A stretch of 64,000 bases of DNA. Origin: Elusimicrobiota bacterium. Its GTDB lineage: Bacteria > Elusimicrobiota > Elusimicrobia > F11. The notes below the pieces were generated by a model that was not told the origin of the DNA, did no database searches, and saw nothing but the letters and a program-made list of their open reading frames with translations. The stretch is from the NCBI GenBank assembly GCA_022072025.1, contig JAJVIP010000010.1, positions 178,050 to 242,049 of the forward strand. The letters are read 5' to 3'. Made by a program: the position numbers and the translations under genes. The stretch's first letter is position 1. Every line of letters begins with the position of its first letter. Shown here piece by piece: positions 17,547 to 27,239 of this stretch.

Positions 17547-18805
17547 TGAATGGACTCCGGGATTCGCTCCCCTTTAACCAGATCCTCGAAAGTTTCCCGT
17601 TCTCGAATAAGGTCCCACTCTTTTTTATTCACCAAGATCTCTGGAACGCGCGGCCTGGAATTGTACTGCGAACTCATGGAAAAACCATAAGCGCCGGCCG
17701 TCATAACGGCAATCAAGTCCCCCTGATGGGGCAACACCATCAAACGATCTTTTCCCAAATAATCTCCCGATTCGCACACCGGACCCACAATATCAACCTT
17801 GATTTTGACGCCCCCCTTATTTTTGACCGGAATGATTTCGTGATAGGCGTCATACAACGCTGGCCGCGCCAGATCGTTCATGGCTGCGTCAACAATTACA
17901 AACTCTTTGGTTCCTGCTTTTTTCCGGTAAAGAACTTTCGTGATCAAAAGACCCGATTGAGCCACCATTGAGCGACCAGGCTCCAGAAACAAGGTCAAAC
18001 CCCTTCCTTGAAGAGATGGCAAAATAACATCGGCCAAATGTTGCGGCGTATCGGGGCTATCTCCATTGTAATCGACCCCCAATCCCCCCCCCAAATCAAT
18101 AATTTCAATTTTAATCCCAATCCCATGGAGCCGGTCAATCAAATTCAATAAAACCGACAACGCTCTGCGATAAGGTGCCACGCGCGTGATTTGGGAACCG
18201 ATGTGAGACTGGATGGCCACCGGCCGAAGATACTTTTGCTTTTTGGCCCATTCATAAAGGGGAAAAATATTTTTGTGATACACCCCAAATTTATTTTTTG
18301 GAGTCCCCGTTGAAATGTGGGGGTGACCTCCGGCTCGAACATCGGGGTTGACCCGAAGCGAAAACGCGGCGGGCCGGCGAATCGATCGCGCCACTTCATT
18401 CAACGCTTTCAACTCTTCTTCAGATTCCACATTGATAAGCCTTATCTCTTTTTGGATCGCCATTTCGAGTTCATCACGGGTTTTTCCAACACCCGAAAAA
18501 ATAATGTTTTCAGGTGGAAATCCAGCCAAGAGCGCCCGCCTCAATTCCCCTCCTGAAACAATATCCACTCCGCCCCCCAAACGGGACAACAACCTGGCGA
18601 TGCTTAAACTCGAGTTCGCTTTTAACGAGTAACAAATAAGGTGCGGGAGCCCTGCCAACGCGCGCTCATAGGAGAGAAAGGCCCCTTCAATTCCCGCCCG
18701 CGTGTAGGCATAAAACGGAGTGCCCGTTATTTTGGCGATGCGGCGGACGGGTACTTCTTCAATATATAAATCACTCTGACGATATGAATAATGCTCCGAT
18801 TTCAT
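17543..18805 (-). CDS. lysA: Diaminopimelate decarboxylase (PLP, alanine racemase-fold)
   Basis: 420 aa; PLP-lysine region YSLKANS, CESGDYL substrate-binding motif. Confidence 0.9.
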   Translation of the reverse strand: MKSEHYSYRQSDLYIEEVPVRRIAKITGTPFYAYTRAGIEGAFLSYERALAGLPHLICYSLKANSSLSIARLLSRLGGGVDIVSGGELRRALLAGFPPENIIFSGVGKTRDELEMAIQKEIRLINVESEEELKALNEVARSIRRPAAFSLRVNPDVRAGGHPHISTGTPKNKFGVYHKNIFPLYEWAKKQKYLRPVAIQSHIGSQITRVAPYRRALSVLLNLIDRLHGIGIKIEIIDLGGGLGVDYNGDSPDTPQHLADVILPSLQGRGLTLFLEPGRSMVAQSGLLITKVLYRKKAGTKEFVIVDAAMNDLARPALYDAYHEIIPVKNKGGVKIKVDIVGPVCESGDYLGKDRLMVLPHQGDLIAVMTAGAYGFSMSSQYNSRPRVPEILVNKKEWDLIRERETFEDLVKGERIPESIQ

Positions 18806-19596
18806 TGCTTTCCTTCAGAAAATGGGATTTCGAATAGGGACTTCAAGTCAGGAGGAACGGCCTTTCCTGAAAGAATCTCCATCGGCGGGCGCCGAAGCCA
18901 TTCAACCAAATTTTCGTACGCCTGCCTTGTTTCCTTTGAATAGGAGGATGTCCGGAGTCGAGCCAAACACTCTTTAATTACCAGTGGATCCCCTGCCAAA
19001 AGCCCCAGATACAACACCCGCGTTTCTGGTTGACCGGAAGCCCGAGCCGTATGAGCGGCTTGAATAAAACGGCCTTTCCCCTCATATAGAAACGAAAGTT
19101 GCTCTAAAACACGTACATTATGGGGCTCCACCGCTAAATTCTTGTTTAACCAAATTTCCGCATCCGAATAGAGACCCACCGTTCTATAAGCGCGCCCCAA
19201 AGACAGGAATAAAGAAGCCTCTTTAGGATTCAACCGCAATGCATTTTTGTAGCAATCAATGGCTTTCCAGGGAAGATCCATATTTTCGTAAAGCCCGCCC
19301 AAATCGCGATGACGACGCCAATTTTTTCGATCATAAATCAAAGCTTCCTCATAGGCTGGAATGGCTTTGTCCATTCGGCCAGAGGATTCATAGCTCTTCC
19401 CCAAATAAAGATAGAGAGTCCGCCTTTCATGACTCCTGGTTCCTCTAGCCAACTTTTTTTCAAAACTTCGAATGGCCTCAACATAATTTCCGGCTTTGTA
19501 TTGCCTGATTCCTTCTTCAAGATAATCAGCTCGCAAAGGATTCCGAAACGCCACAGCCAGCAGCGCCACCCCCCCAACCAACCGAAGCCATTTCAT
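18802..19596 (-). CDS. TPR-repeat protein with signal peptide
   Basis: 264 aa; N-terminal signal peptide MKWLRLVGGVALLAVA; multiple 34-aa TPR units (AIRSFEKKL..., AIPAYEEAL..., AIDCYKNAL...). Confidence 0.7.
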   Translation of the reverse strand: MKWLRLVGGVALLAVAFRNPLRADYLEEGIRQYKAGNYVEAIRSFEKKLARGTRSHERRTLYLYLGKSYESSGRMDKAIPAYEEALIYDRKNWRRHRDLGGLYENMDLPWKAIDCYKNALRLNPKEASLFLSLGRAYRTVGLYSDAEIWLNKNLAVEPHNVRVLEQLSFLYEGKGRFIQAAHTARASGQPETRVLYLGLLAGDPLVIKECLARLRTSSYSKETRQAYENLVEWLRRPPMEILSGKAVPPDLKSLFEIPFSEGKQ

Positions 19597-20582
19597 GGAC
19601 GATTTTTTCCCAAGGCTTCGCGGGCGCGGCGCAACAATAGATTTTTAATATCCAGCGCCCAACGACGCGAAGCCAAAGTGCCCGCTTCTATACATTCTCT
19701 TGATCGTTTTAAATCGATAATGGAAATATCACCCACCTCGGGTTCAATGACGATATCCGCATACTTCCGGTTTTCTTTCATGAAAATACCTCCCTGTATT
19801 TCAATCGCTCGCGAGAGGGATCGAAACACGGTAAGTTTTTCAGAAGGCAATTTATCCGCTTTCGGCAAAACGGCCAAAACCACATCAAAAGGTCTTTTAT
19901 TCTCAATAATATCGGTCGGCAAATTATCCACCAATCCCCCGTCAACCAAAAGCCGTTGACGGAAAGGCACAGGCTTAAACAATCCCGGAATGGTTGCGCT
20001 CGCGCGCGCGGCAAACGCCACCGATCCTTCCCTGAGAATAACCCGCTCCCCCGTCCGAATGTCCGTGGCCAAACAAGAGAAGGGAATGGGCAAATCCATA
20101 AAGGTTTTTTCTCCAATATGTTTTTTCAAATAGTCTTCCATCCCCTGGGTGGACAAAAGTTCATCGGAAAGAATCATACGCAGGGCGGACGTTTGAGAAA
20201 CATCGGTTAACTTGTCCCACCCAATCTCATGAGCCATGACCTCAAGTTCGGCATCATCCACGCCGGCGGCGTAAACGGCCCCAATCAAAGCCCCCACGGA
20301 AACGCCGACAATTTCATCGATGGGAATTCGTTCTTCTTTCAGGACACGCAGCACACCAATGTGTGAAAGACCCTTGGCTCCTCCGCCCCCCAAAACGAGT
20401 ATGACTCGAGGGCGTTCAGATGGCGCGAGCGCCTCAAAGCTTTTCCATAAAATTTCCGCGGAAAATCTTTCCTGAGAGACTCCCGCCGGTAATTCAAATC
20501 CACAAACGCTGCGTGGTTGACTCAAGGCCCCATATCCAAGGTGGAGCCCCAATAAAACCAATCTCACAAAACGGCTTATCAC
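19593..20582 (-). CDS. Patatin-like phospholipase
   Basis: 329 aa; GGGAKG oxyanion motif, GVSVGA nucleophile elbow (GxSxG), DGG catalytic Asp motif. Confidence 0.8.
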   Translation of the reverse strand: MISRFVRLVLLGLHLGYGALSQPRSVCGFELPAGVSQERFSAEILWKSFEALAPSERPRVILVLGGGGAKGLSHIGVLRVLKEERIPIDEIVGVSVGALIGAVYAAGVDDAELEVMAHEIGWDKLTDVSQTSALRMILSDELLSTQGMEDYLKKHIGEKTFMDLPIPFSCLATDIRTGERVILREGSVAFAARASATIPGLFKPVPFRQRLLVDGGLVDNLPTDIIENKRPFDVVLAVLPKADKLPSEKLTVFRSLSRAIEIQGGIFMKENRKYADIVIEPEVGDISIIDLKRSRECIEAGTLASRRWALDIKNLLLRRAREALGKNRP

Positions 20583-21842
20583 GGCTGAAAGGAATGGCCT
20601 GTGGCTTTCGTCAATCGAGCCTGAGATATCTGAAGTTCCAAACGCGCGTCAATTAAATTGATGTTGGCCTCCGCGCGCCACTTTAAATAGTCCAATCGTT
20701 GAGATAAAGAGAAAGACTCCCGTTCTGATTCCTTAAGGGCTTTGAGTTGCCTCCCACGAACATCCACCTCATTTTTCCAATGAGTCCAATCGCTATGCGC
20801 GGTCCGGACTTCCATTTCAACTTTGTCTTCCAACTGCACCCGCCGCAGTCGGCCTTGATCGGCTCTATAACGGCTCTCCTTAACGCGGGCCCAACTGGAA
20901 AATCCATCGAATATTGGAATGTTCATGACCAAAGCGGCATTCCAGTTCGTGTCCTCAATGGGGAATTCCTCATTGCGGAGCTCCACATTTCCCCCCAGTA
21001 AAAAAACCGGATAGCGTTCTGACCGGGAAAGCTCCACGGACAGTTGATCCACCTCTTCTTGTATTTGCGTGTCTTTGAGTTCGGCCCGATATTGTTTGGC
21101 CCATACAAGAAGAGTCTGCAATTCAGGGATAACAAAATCGTTATCTAAAGTTCCTTTGGGTTCAACATCGCCAAAAAGTTCGAGGCCCATCGACTCCAAA
21201 TACTGGAAACGTGTAGATTGCTCTTGTTGCTGAAAATCGCTGAGAAGTTTACGCGTATTGGCCTGAGCCGCCATCAAGGCCAGACGGGCGTGAACGGTAG
21301 AAGACTGCTTGGATAATTTTTCAATTTCGATAAGTTCATCAGATAAAATTTTCTGTTTTTGATGAAGCGCCAATAGTCGGTAAAAATTTTCCGTTGTTTG
21401 ACAGCGCACATGATGCCGAACCGTTTCAACCGCGCTTTCCGCGCGGCGCAACCCCGCTTGTGACAACCGATGCGTGGTGCTGACTTTCCCCCCCGCGTAC
21501 AAGGTCTGAAGAAATCCCAAACGTCCCAAATAGAGATTTTGGGCCAATGGATTTCCCCGCGACTCATCCTTGCTTTGTTGCACCGGAGCTTCCAACACAA
21601 TCCCTCCCAGTTCCGGACTGGTCACCCCCAGAGTTTCATGACGATAACGCACATAATCCAAGTTTAAATTGATCTTGGGATAATAAAGGGATTGGGCTTG
21701 CCGAACCTGGGTTTTTGCGACCGATAAATCTTTTCTCGCCAACAGAAGTTCCGGGTTGTTTTTCTCCGCGCGCTCAAGACTCTCAGGCAAAGTGAGTTGC
21801 TCAGCTGAAAAAACCGTGGACCCCGCCAGCATGATCGTCATT
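20579..21842 (-). CDS. TolC-family outer membrane efflux protein (start uncertain)
   Basis: The track ORF (to 22084) runs through repeat element A2. The TolC-like mature N-terminus LTLPESLERAEKNNPELLLARKDL follows MTIMLAGSTVFSA; ATG at 21842. The true start may lie further upstream, possibly inside the repeat element. Confidence 0.7.
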
Positions 21843-21912
21843 CCCACGAAAACAGGAATCCAGCTTCTTAACCCGAATAATTCAGTTGAATGGCCATTAC
21901 CGTCTATCAACA

Positions 21913-22050
21913 GTGAATATTTTTGTGCCGTCATCCCGGCATGTTTTCTGGCCGGGATCCAGGTTTTCTTCATGGGGAAAACCTGGGCCCCGGCCAAAAG
22001 ATTGCCGGGGCGACGATTCAACTGAATCATTCCGGTTAAAATCATGAATG
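21913..22050. repeat. Palindromic repeat element, family A copy 2 (full length, nested hairpins) in the argH-TolC spacer
   Basis: gtgaatattttt...gtcatcccggc-atgttttct-ggccgggatccaggtttt-cttcatgggg-aaaacctgggccccggcc-aaaagatt-gccggggcgac-gattcaactgaatcattccggttaaaatcatgaat; ~90% identical to 34897-35030. Confidence 0.6.
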
Positions 22051-22123
22051 CGTTTCTCCCATTGGGTCTGAATTCCTGACCCACCTGATGGACGGGCGGG
22101 TAAAAAATTTCGCGGATGGCGAC

Positions 22124-23479
22124 TTAATGGAGCAGACGGGTGAGCTTGGCGATTTGGCGCTGGACACTGGCAGGGGAGGTTCCTCCATAGGATGTTTTGG
22201 CGCGGACCACTTTTTCAGGCGCCAATAAAGCCAGCGCCTCTTTATCGAATTGGGAATGAAAAACTTTTAATTCCAGCAAGGAAAGTTGATCCAATCGCAC
22301 TCCTTTCCGTTCGCAATAATTCACCAAATTGCGCACGACCCCATGGGCCGTTCGAAATGGAACCCCACGAACCGCCAAAAAATCAGCCAACTCGGTGGCC
22401 GCAAGATATCCATAATCACACCACCGTTTGAGGACCCCCACATTGACTTTCATGGATTTGATCATCGGCGCCATCACCGATAAACACCCCATGACGGTGT
22501 CGATGGCATCAAACAAAGGGGGTTTGTCTTCTTGGAGATCGCGGTTGTAACTAAGCGGAAGGCCTTTCAGAATGGTGAGGAGCGCCACAAGAGACCCATA
22601 CACCCGGCCCGTTTCTCCCCGCACAATTTCAGCCACATCGGGGTTTCTTTTTTGAGGCATGATAGAGGAACCGGATGTAAATTCTTTGGTCAATTCAATA
22701 AAAGAAAATTCGACACTCGACCAAATCACAAGCTCCTCGGCCATTCTGGACAAATTAGACATCAACAGTGCGCAAGCCGATACAACCTCAACCACGGTGT
22801 CCCGGCTGGCCGTCGCATCAATCGAATTTTCACTGATGGATTTAAAACCCAACATTTTGGCCACAAAACTTCGATCCAAAGGGAAAGAGGTGCCGGCCAA
22901 AGCCGCAGAGCCCAAAGGCAATATATTCAATCGTTTACGGGCATCTCGAAACCGGCCCTTGTCTCTTTCAAGCATCCAGGCATAGGCCAATATGTGATGC
23001 GCAAAAAGGATCGGTTGGGCATGTTGAAGATGTGTGAAACCTGGCATGATGACGTCTTTGTGTCTGGAAGAAATGCCCACCAAGGCGGCTTGAAGGAGAG
23101 AAATTTCTTGGACCATCATATCCACATGATCCCGCATGTAAAGGGCCAAATCGGTGATCACTTGGTCGTTTCGAGACCGACCCGTGTGAAGCATGCCGCC
23201 CACAGGTCCCAATCGGCGGATCAGCTCCCGTTCCATGGCGAAGTGGACATCCTCTTCATCGGGAAGTCTAAATCCCTGATGCATATCGCGAAGAATGGAT
23301 TTCAATCCGCGAACAATTTTTTCGGATTCTCTGAGAGGAATAATCCTCTGTTTCCCCAACATGGTCGCATGCGCGATGGACCCCTGAATATCATAGGGGG
23401 CCAGCCGAACATCGTAGGAAAACGATTCAATAAACCGTTGTGGCGCAGAAACAGAAATGGGAGACGCGGATTTTTTCAT
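22124..23479 (-). CDS. argH: Argininosuccinate lyase
   Basis: 451 aa; fumarate-lyase signature GSSIMPQKRNPD; overlaps argG by 4 nt. Confidence 0.9.
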   Translation of the reverse strand: MKKSASPISVSAPQRFIESFSYDVRLAPYDIQGSIAHATMLGKQRIIPLRESEKIVRGLKSILRDMHQGFRLPDEEDVHFAMERELIRRLGPVGGMLHTGRSRNDQVITDLALYMRDHVDMMVQEISLLQAALVGISSRHKDVIMPGFTHLQHAQPILFAHHILAYAWMLERDKGRFRDARKRLNILPLGSAALAGTSFPLDRSFVAKMLGFKSISENSIDATASRDTVVEVVSACALLMSNLSRMAEELVIWSSVEFSFIELTKEFTSGSSIMPQKRNPDVAEIVRGETGRVYGSLVALLTILKGLPLSYNRDLQEDKPPLFDAIDTVMGCLSVMAPMIKSMKVNVGVLKRWCDYGYLAATELADFLAVRGVPFRTAHGVVRNLVNYCERKGVRLDQLSLLELKVFHSQFDKEALALLAPEKVVRAKTSYGGTSPASVQRQIAKLTRLLH

Positions 23480-24726
23480 GGCCGCTTTAGAAGCGCTTCC
23501 ATTTTAATAGGCAAGCCGAACAGCCGGATAAACCCAGTGGCGTCGGCTTGATTGTAGAAGCCATCGGCCTCAAAGGTAACCCAATCTTTTGAGTAAAGCG
23601 ATTTCTGGCATCGCCGCGAACGAATCTCAACGGTCCCCTTGTATAAACGAAGGGTCACAGTTCCAGTTACGTTTTTCTGGGTATTCGCGATAAATTTCTG
23701 AAGATTTTCTCGAATAGGAGTGAACCATTGCCCATAATAGGTGAGTTCGCCAAACCGCGGACCTAACAATTCTTTGTAATGCAGCGTCTCACGGTCCAAA
23801 GCCAAAGTTTCAAGTTCTCGGTGCGCCGCATACAAAAGAGTGGCCCCCGGACATTCATAAATGCCGCGGGATTTAAGCCCCACCAATCGATTTTCCACCA
23901 AATCCACTCGGCCCACCCCATGACGACCGCCAATGTCATTGAGGGTCACCACCATCTGAACAGGAGACACTTTTCTCCCATTCAAAGAAACAGGAATACC
24001 CTTCGAAAATCCGATGGTGATGTCTTGCGGCTTGGAAGGCGCTTTCTGGGGCGACACGGTCCATTCGTAAACATCTTCCGGCACGGGCTTGTCCAGGTCT
24101 TCCAATATTCCCCCTTCATGAGAAATGTGCCACAAATTGGCGTCGCTGGAATAAGGCCGTTTTTTTGAAACCGGCACCGGGATCCCATGCCGGGAGGCAT
24201 AATCCAACAAATCTTCTCGGCCTTTGAAATCCCATGTTCGCCAAGGAGCGATGATGGTGAGGTCCGGGGCCAAGGCAGCAAAGGTGAGTTCGAAGCGAAC
24301 CTGGTCATTTCCTTTTCCGGTGGCGCCATGACACACCGCGTCGGCCTTGACCTTGCGCGCCACTTCAACCACTTTCTGAGCAATCAAAGGCCGGGCCAAA
24401 GCAGTGCCCAATAAATATTTGTGCTCATAGGTGGCATGCGCTTGCAGGGCGGGCCAAAGATAATCCGTCACATATTCATTGGAAACATCGGGGGCGAAAA
24501 AAGCGGAGGCCCCGGTTTTAAACGCTTTTTTCCGAACTGCCGCGCTGTCTTCTCTCTGCCCCACGTCGACATAACAGGCCACAACATCGGCGTTGTACTC
24601 TTCTTTCAACCACGTCAAAATGACGGATGTGTCCAATCCGCCTGAGTAGGCAAGAACTATTTTTTTGGGTGTTGAATTCATAAAGGGGTTATTGCTCCTC
24701 GGTGAGATGAGGGCGGACACTACCAA
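23476..24726 (-). CDS. argG: Argininosuccinate synthase
   Basis: 416 aa; PP-loop AYSGGLDTS near N-terminus. Confidence 0.9.
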   Translation of the reverse strand: MVVSALISPRSNNPFMNSTPKKIVLAYSGGLDTSVILTWLKEEYNADVVACYVDVGQREDSAAVRKKAFKTGASAFFAPDVSNEYVTDYLWPALQAHATYEHKYLLGTALARPLIAQKVVEVARKVKADAVCHGATGKGNDQVRFELTFAALAPDLTIIAPWRTWDFKGREDLLDYASRHGIPVPVSKKRPYSSDANLWHISHEGGILEDLDKPVPEDVYEWTVSPQKAPSKPQDITIGFSKGIPVSLNGRKVSPVQMVVTLNDIGGRHGVGRVDLVENRLVGLKSRGIYECPGATLLYAAHRELETLALDRETLHYKELLGPRFGELTYYGQWFTPIRENLQKFIANTQKNVTGTVTLRLYKGTVEIRSRRCQKSLYSKDWVTFEADGFYNQADATGFIRLFGLPIKMEALLKRP

Positions 24727-24758
24727 TTTTTTTTCTTTCCTGGTACCATCCTCCCCAC

Positions 24759-25913
24759 ATGAAACGCGTGGACGTGGCCATCATAGGAGCGGGACGGTCG
24801 GGTGTAAAAATAGCTGAAAAATTATCAGCCGCCCAACAAGAAGTGCTTCTTCTCTCCCTTCCCGAAAATCCTGAGGACTCCTTTCGCCATTTCCTCAACG
24901 CGGTCGCGGGAATGCCTCCCAGCGCGCCTTTGTCTCTTCCGCCAAGCGCCGTCCTGGCCAAGTCTCCTCCTTGTTTTCTCAACGCCAAAACTCTGCTTCT
25001 CAATGAGGAGGAAATTCACGCCAAACATTTCATTATCGCATCGGGCTCTTGGCCAGAGATTCCTCCGGATTTTCATGGAAAAAAATTCCAAACTCCCCTC
25101 GAGGTATTAACCTCTCCCTCTCCGCCTTCTGAAATAACAATAATGGGGGCGGGACCGGTGGGAGTGGGAACAGCGGCTCGTTTGGCCCATCGAAAATGCC
25201 AAGTGACCCTGATAACTTCGCAGGACCGTATCCTTCCCCAAGAAGAGCCTGAGATCTCTGCCGCGGTTCAAACCTGGTTATTGACCTTGGGGGTTCACAT
25301 CGCTTTGGAACAAACGGATCTGTCCAAAAATACAGGAGTCTTGGCGATGGGTTTGCGTCCCAACACGCGCGGCATGAACCTGCCCAAAGCGGGCGTCTAC
25401 GTCAACCCAGAAGAACGTATCGTGGTGGACGCTGAAATGAAAACGCCCAATCGGCATATTCATGCCGTGGGCCCCGTCACAGGGCCGGTGTTTAATTTGG
25501 CTTTTGAAGATTTCCAGGCGGACCTCGTTTCAGAAAATGTTTTAACGCCGTTTTTTAATCGCCAGAAACTCCAACCTGAACCATTTCCTTGGCTGTTGCC
25601 CATGGATCTTCCATTGGCTCGCATTGGTTTGACGGAAACCCAGGCCTGCGCGGAAAAACGCGGGGTGTTGGCCATCAACCATGCCGAAGGGAAATCCCAT
25701 ATTAAATTGGTTGGCCGCAAAAAGACCACAGAACTTTTGGGAGCCCATCTTTTTGGTCCGGGCATGGACAGTTTGATTGTCTATTTTGATTTGTTGATGC
25801 GGGCAGGAATTGGATTAAGAGAGGTGAATGAAAGACACCACATGCCCGAGCCGGGCCCCGCCCGCCTGGCCCAAGAAGCGATTCAGGCTTGGCTCAAAGC
25901 CGCCGGCGAGTAG
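24759..25913 (+). CDS. FAD/NAD(P)-binding pyridine nucleotide-disulfide oxidoreductase family protein, E3-like but lacking an obvious CxxxxC redox centre
   Basis: 384 aa; N-terminal IIGAGRSG and second GAGPVG Rossmann motifs, E3-like C-terminal dimerisation region, no redox-active disulfide motif seen; divergent from argG with a 32-bp spacer. Confidence 0.55.
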   Translation: MKRVDVAIIGAGRSGVKIAEKLSAAQQEVLLLSLPENPEDSFRHFLNAVAGMPPSAPLSLPPSAVLAKSPPCFLNAKTLLLNEEEIHAKHFIIASGSWPEIPPDFHGKKFQTPLEVLTSPSPPSEITIMGAGPVGVGTAARLAHRKCQVTLITSQDRILPQEEPEISAAVQTWLLTLGVHIALEQTDLSKNTGVLAMGLRPNTRGMNLPKAGVYVNPEERIVVDAEMKTPNRHIHAVGPVTGPVFNLAFEDFQADLVSENVLTPFFNRQKLQPEPFPWLLPMDLPLARIGLTETQACAEKRGVLAINHAEGKSHIKLVGRKKTTELLGAHLFGPGMDSLIVYFDLLMRAGIGLREVNERHHMPEPGPARLAQEAIQAWLKAAGE

Positions 25914-25928
25914 CCCAAGTCGACCCGA

Positions 25929-26186
25929 TCATAAAGTCGAACGAGAATCCCATTCTGATTCGCAGAGGGCGGTAAGATGCTCAAATTCTTCACGTGACAA
26001 CTTTCCTTCCTCTCTCCAACGCTTGAGACGTTTTAAAATTGCTTTTCTTTCTTTGGCTTCCATGACTGGCCGGTCAAAAATATCGACAGGTTTTTCGGCT
26101 TGAGTGAGGAACCCGGATTTCCACAAAAACCAACTGATCAACATAAAAACAACAAGCGTCAAAATCACCAACAGAAAGTTCAACAT
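25929..26186 (-). CDS. Small membrane-anchored SHOCT-domain-like protein
   Basis: 85 aa; N-terminal TM helix LLVILTLVVFMLISWFLW followed by KRLKRWREEGKLSREEFEHL (SHOCT-like). Confidence 0.4.
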   Translation of the reverse strand: MLNFLLVILTLVVFMLISWFLWKSGFLTQAEKPVDIFDRPVMEAKERKAILKRLKRWREEGKLSREEFEHLTALCESEWDSRSTL

Positions 26187-26192
26187 GATTTT

Positions 26193-27221
26193 TTAGAGAA
26201 ACCGCAAAACAAGCGAGGCAATCGAGGCCAAACGTTCCACCGCTAACACTTCAACCTCATTAAAAGGTTTTGTATCGGAACGCCAAACCAATACAGCGGC
26301 TTTAGGTTTTTTATCCCAGATGATGGGCTGACTGAGAACAGACTGTGACTGGCCCGTCACCCAGGGTCGAAGCGCCCCCCAAACCTCTCCTGAGACGGAG
26401 GATTGGCTTTGCGCCTTGTTATTCAATAGAAGAGATTCCGCCAAAAATCGAGGGACTTCAACAGAATTTTGAATGGCTTGAGGAGGCACACCAGTCCCAG
26501 CCAAGGCAACGAGAAAAAGGCCGCTGGGAGTAAGGTTCAATGAACCCGAAAGCATTCCGGCCGGAGATAAAAATTTAACCAACACCTGTAACAACGCCGC
26601 ATGGACTTGGGGTTCCGATAAAGCTCGAGCATGAAGTTGTTCCAAAAATTGATCAATTGGAGACAAATTCTGCCCAGAAGCCGATCCGCCGCCCCCTCCC
26701 TGAGAACTTTCCATCGCGCTCCCCACCATGCGCCCTATCGTCATGAGTCGATCCATTGTTCCCTGGTCAATGAGGCAGACATCCTTATAATAAGCGCACA
26801 AAACCCCCATCGCTCTGTTTTGCCCCAACAGAGGCACCGCAATAAAGGATTTGAACTGATGGGTTGACATCACATTGAGAAACCAAGGCGCAAGACCGAC
26901 CCCTGGTTTAATTTCAGAAACAGCCACCACTTGTTTATCTCGGAAAGCGATATCCAACGGGGAAGGTTCACGGGTGGAAAGCGATTCTTCTTGATTAAAC
27001 TTCTGATTGAACTCCGGGCTCAATCCACATGAAACGAGCGTTTGAAGTCCTTTATTTCCGGACTGTTCGAGGAGGTGCCCTTCAGAAGATCCCACTGAAC
27101 GGCAAAAAATTTCCAAGAAACGGGCGTAGGAAGAGTCTTCGTCAGGAAGGTCGTTATTATTTCTTTTATTTAGAAACCCATTGAGTGCGCCAAGGAATTC
27201 GTCTAAATCAGGGCGGTCCAT
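26193..27221 (-). CDS. GAF-domain protein (probably tandem GAF), signalling
   Basis: 342 aa; FKSFIAVPLLGQNRAMGVLCAY and later AAVLVWRSDTKPFNEVEVLAVERLASI resemble GAF cores; Gly-rich linker between. Confidence 0.5.
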   Translation of the reverse strand: MDRPDLDEFLGALNGFLNKRNNNDLPDEDSSYARFLEIFCRSVGSSEGHLLEQSGNKGLQTLVSCGLSPEFNQKFNQEESLSTREPSPLDIAFRDKQVVAVSEIKPGVGLAPWFLNVMSTHQFKSFIAVPLLGQNRAMGVLCAYYKDVCLIDQGTMDRLMTIGRMVGSAMESSQGGGGGSASGQNLSPIDQFLEQLHARALSEPQVHAALLQVLVKFLSPAGMLSGSLNLTPSGLFLVALAGTGVPPQAIQNSVEVPRFLAESLLLNNKAQSQSSVSGEVWGALRPWVTGQSQSVLSQPIIWDKKPKAAVLVWRSDTKPFNEVEVLAVERLASIASLVLRFL

Positions 27222-27239
27222 GGGGCGAGGAAGAAAAAC

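Noticed and set aside
21756-22084. N-terminal 81 aa of the TolC track ORF and the plus-strand ORF 21756-22025
   Set aside because: Both are translations of repeat element A2. The same peptide (NRRPGNLLAGAQVF...KTWIPARKHAGMT) appears wherever the element occurs, so it is treated as an element artefact rather than genuine protein sequence. A role in providing the TolC start codon is not excluded.
22532-23551. 339-aa plus-strand ORF antisense to argH
   Set aside because: This ORF is entirely inside the well-supported argH CDS on the opposite strand. Similar antisense ORFs occur at 31367-32185 (-) inside the HK gene, 16944-17549 (+) and 17546-17971 (+) opposite dapF/lysA, 19309-19959 (+) opposite TPR/patatin, 7846-8442 (-) opposite gcvPA, 5685-6113 (-) opposite gcvT, 9174-9599 (-) opposite gcvPB, and 3796-4191 (-) opposite lpdA.
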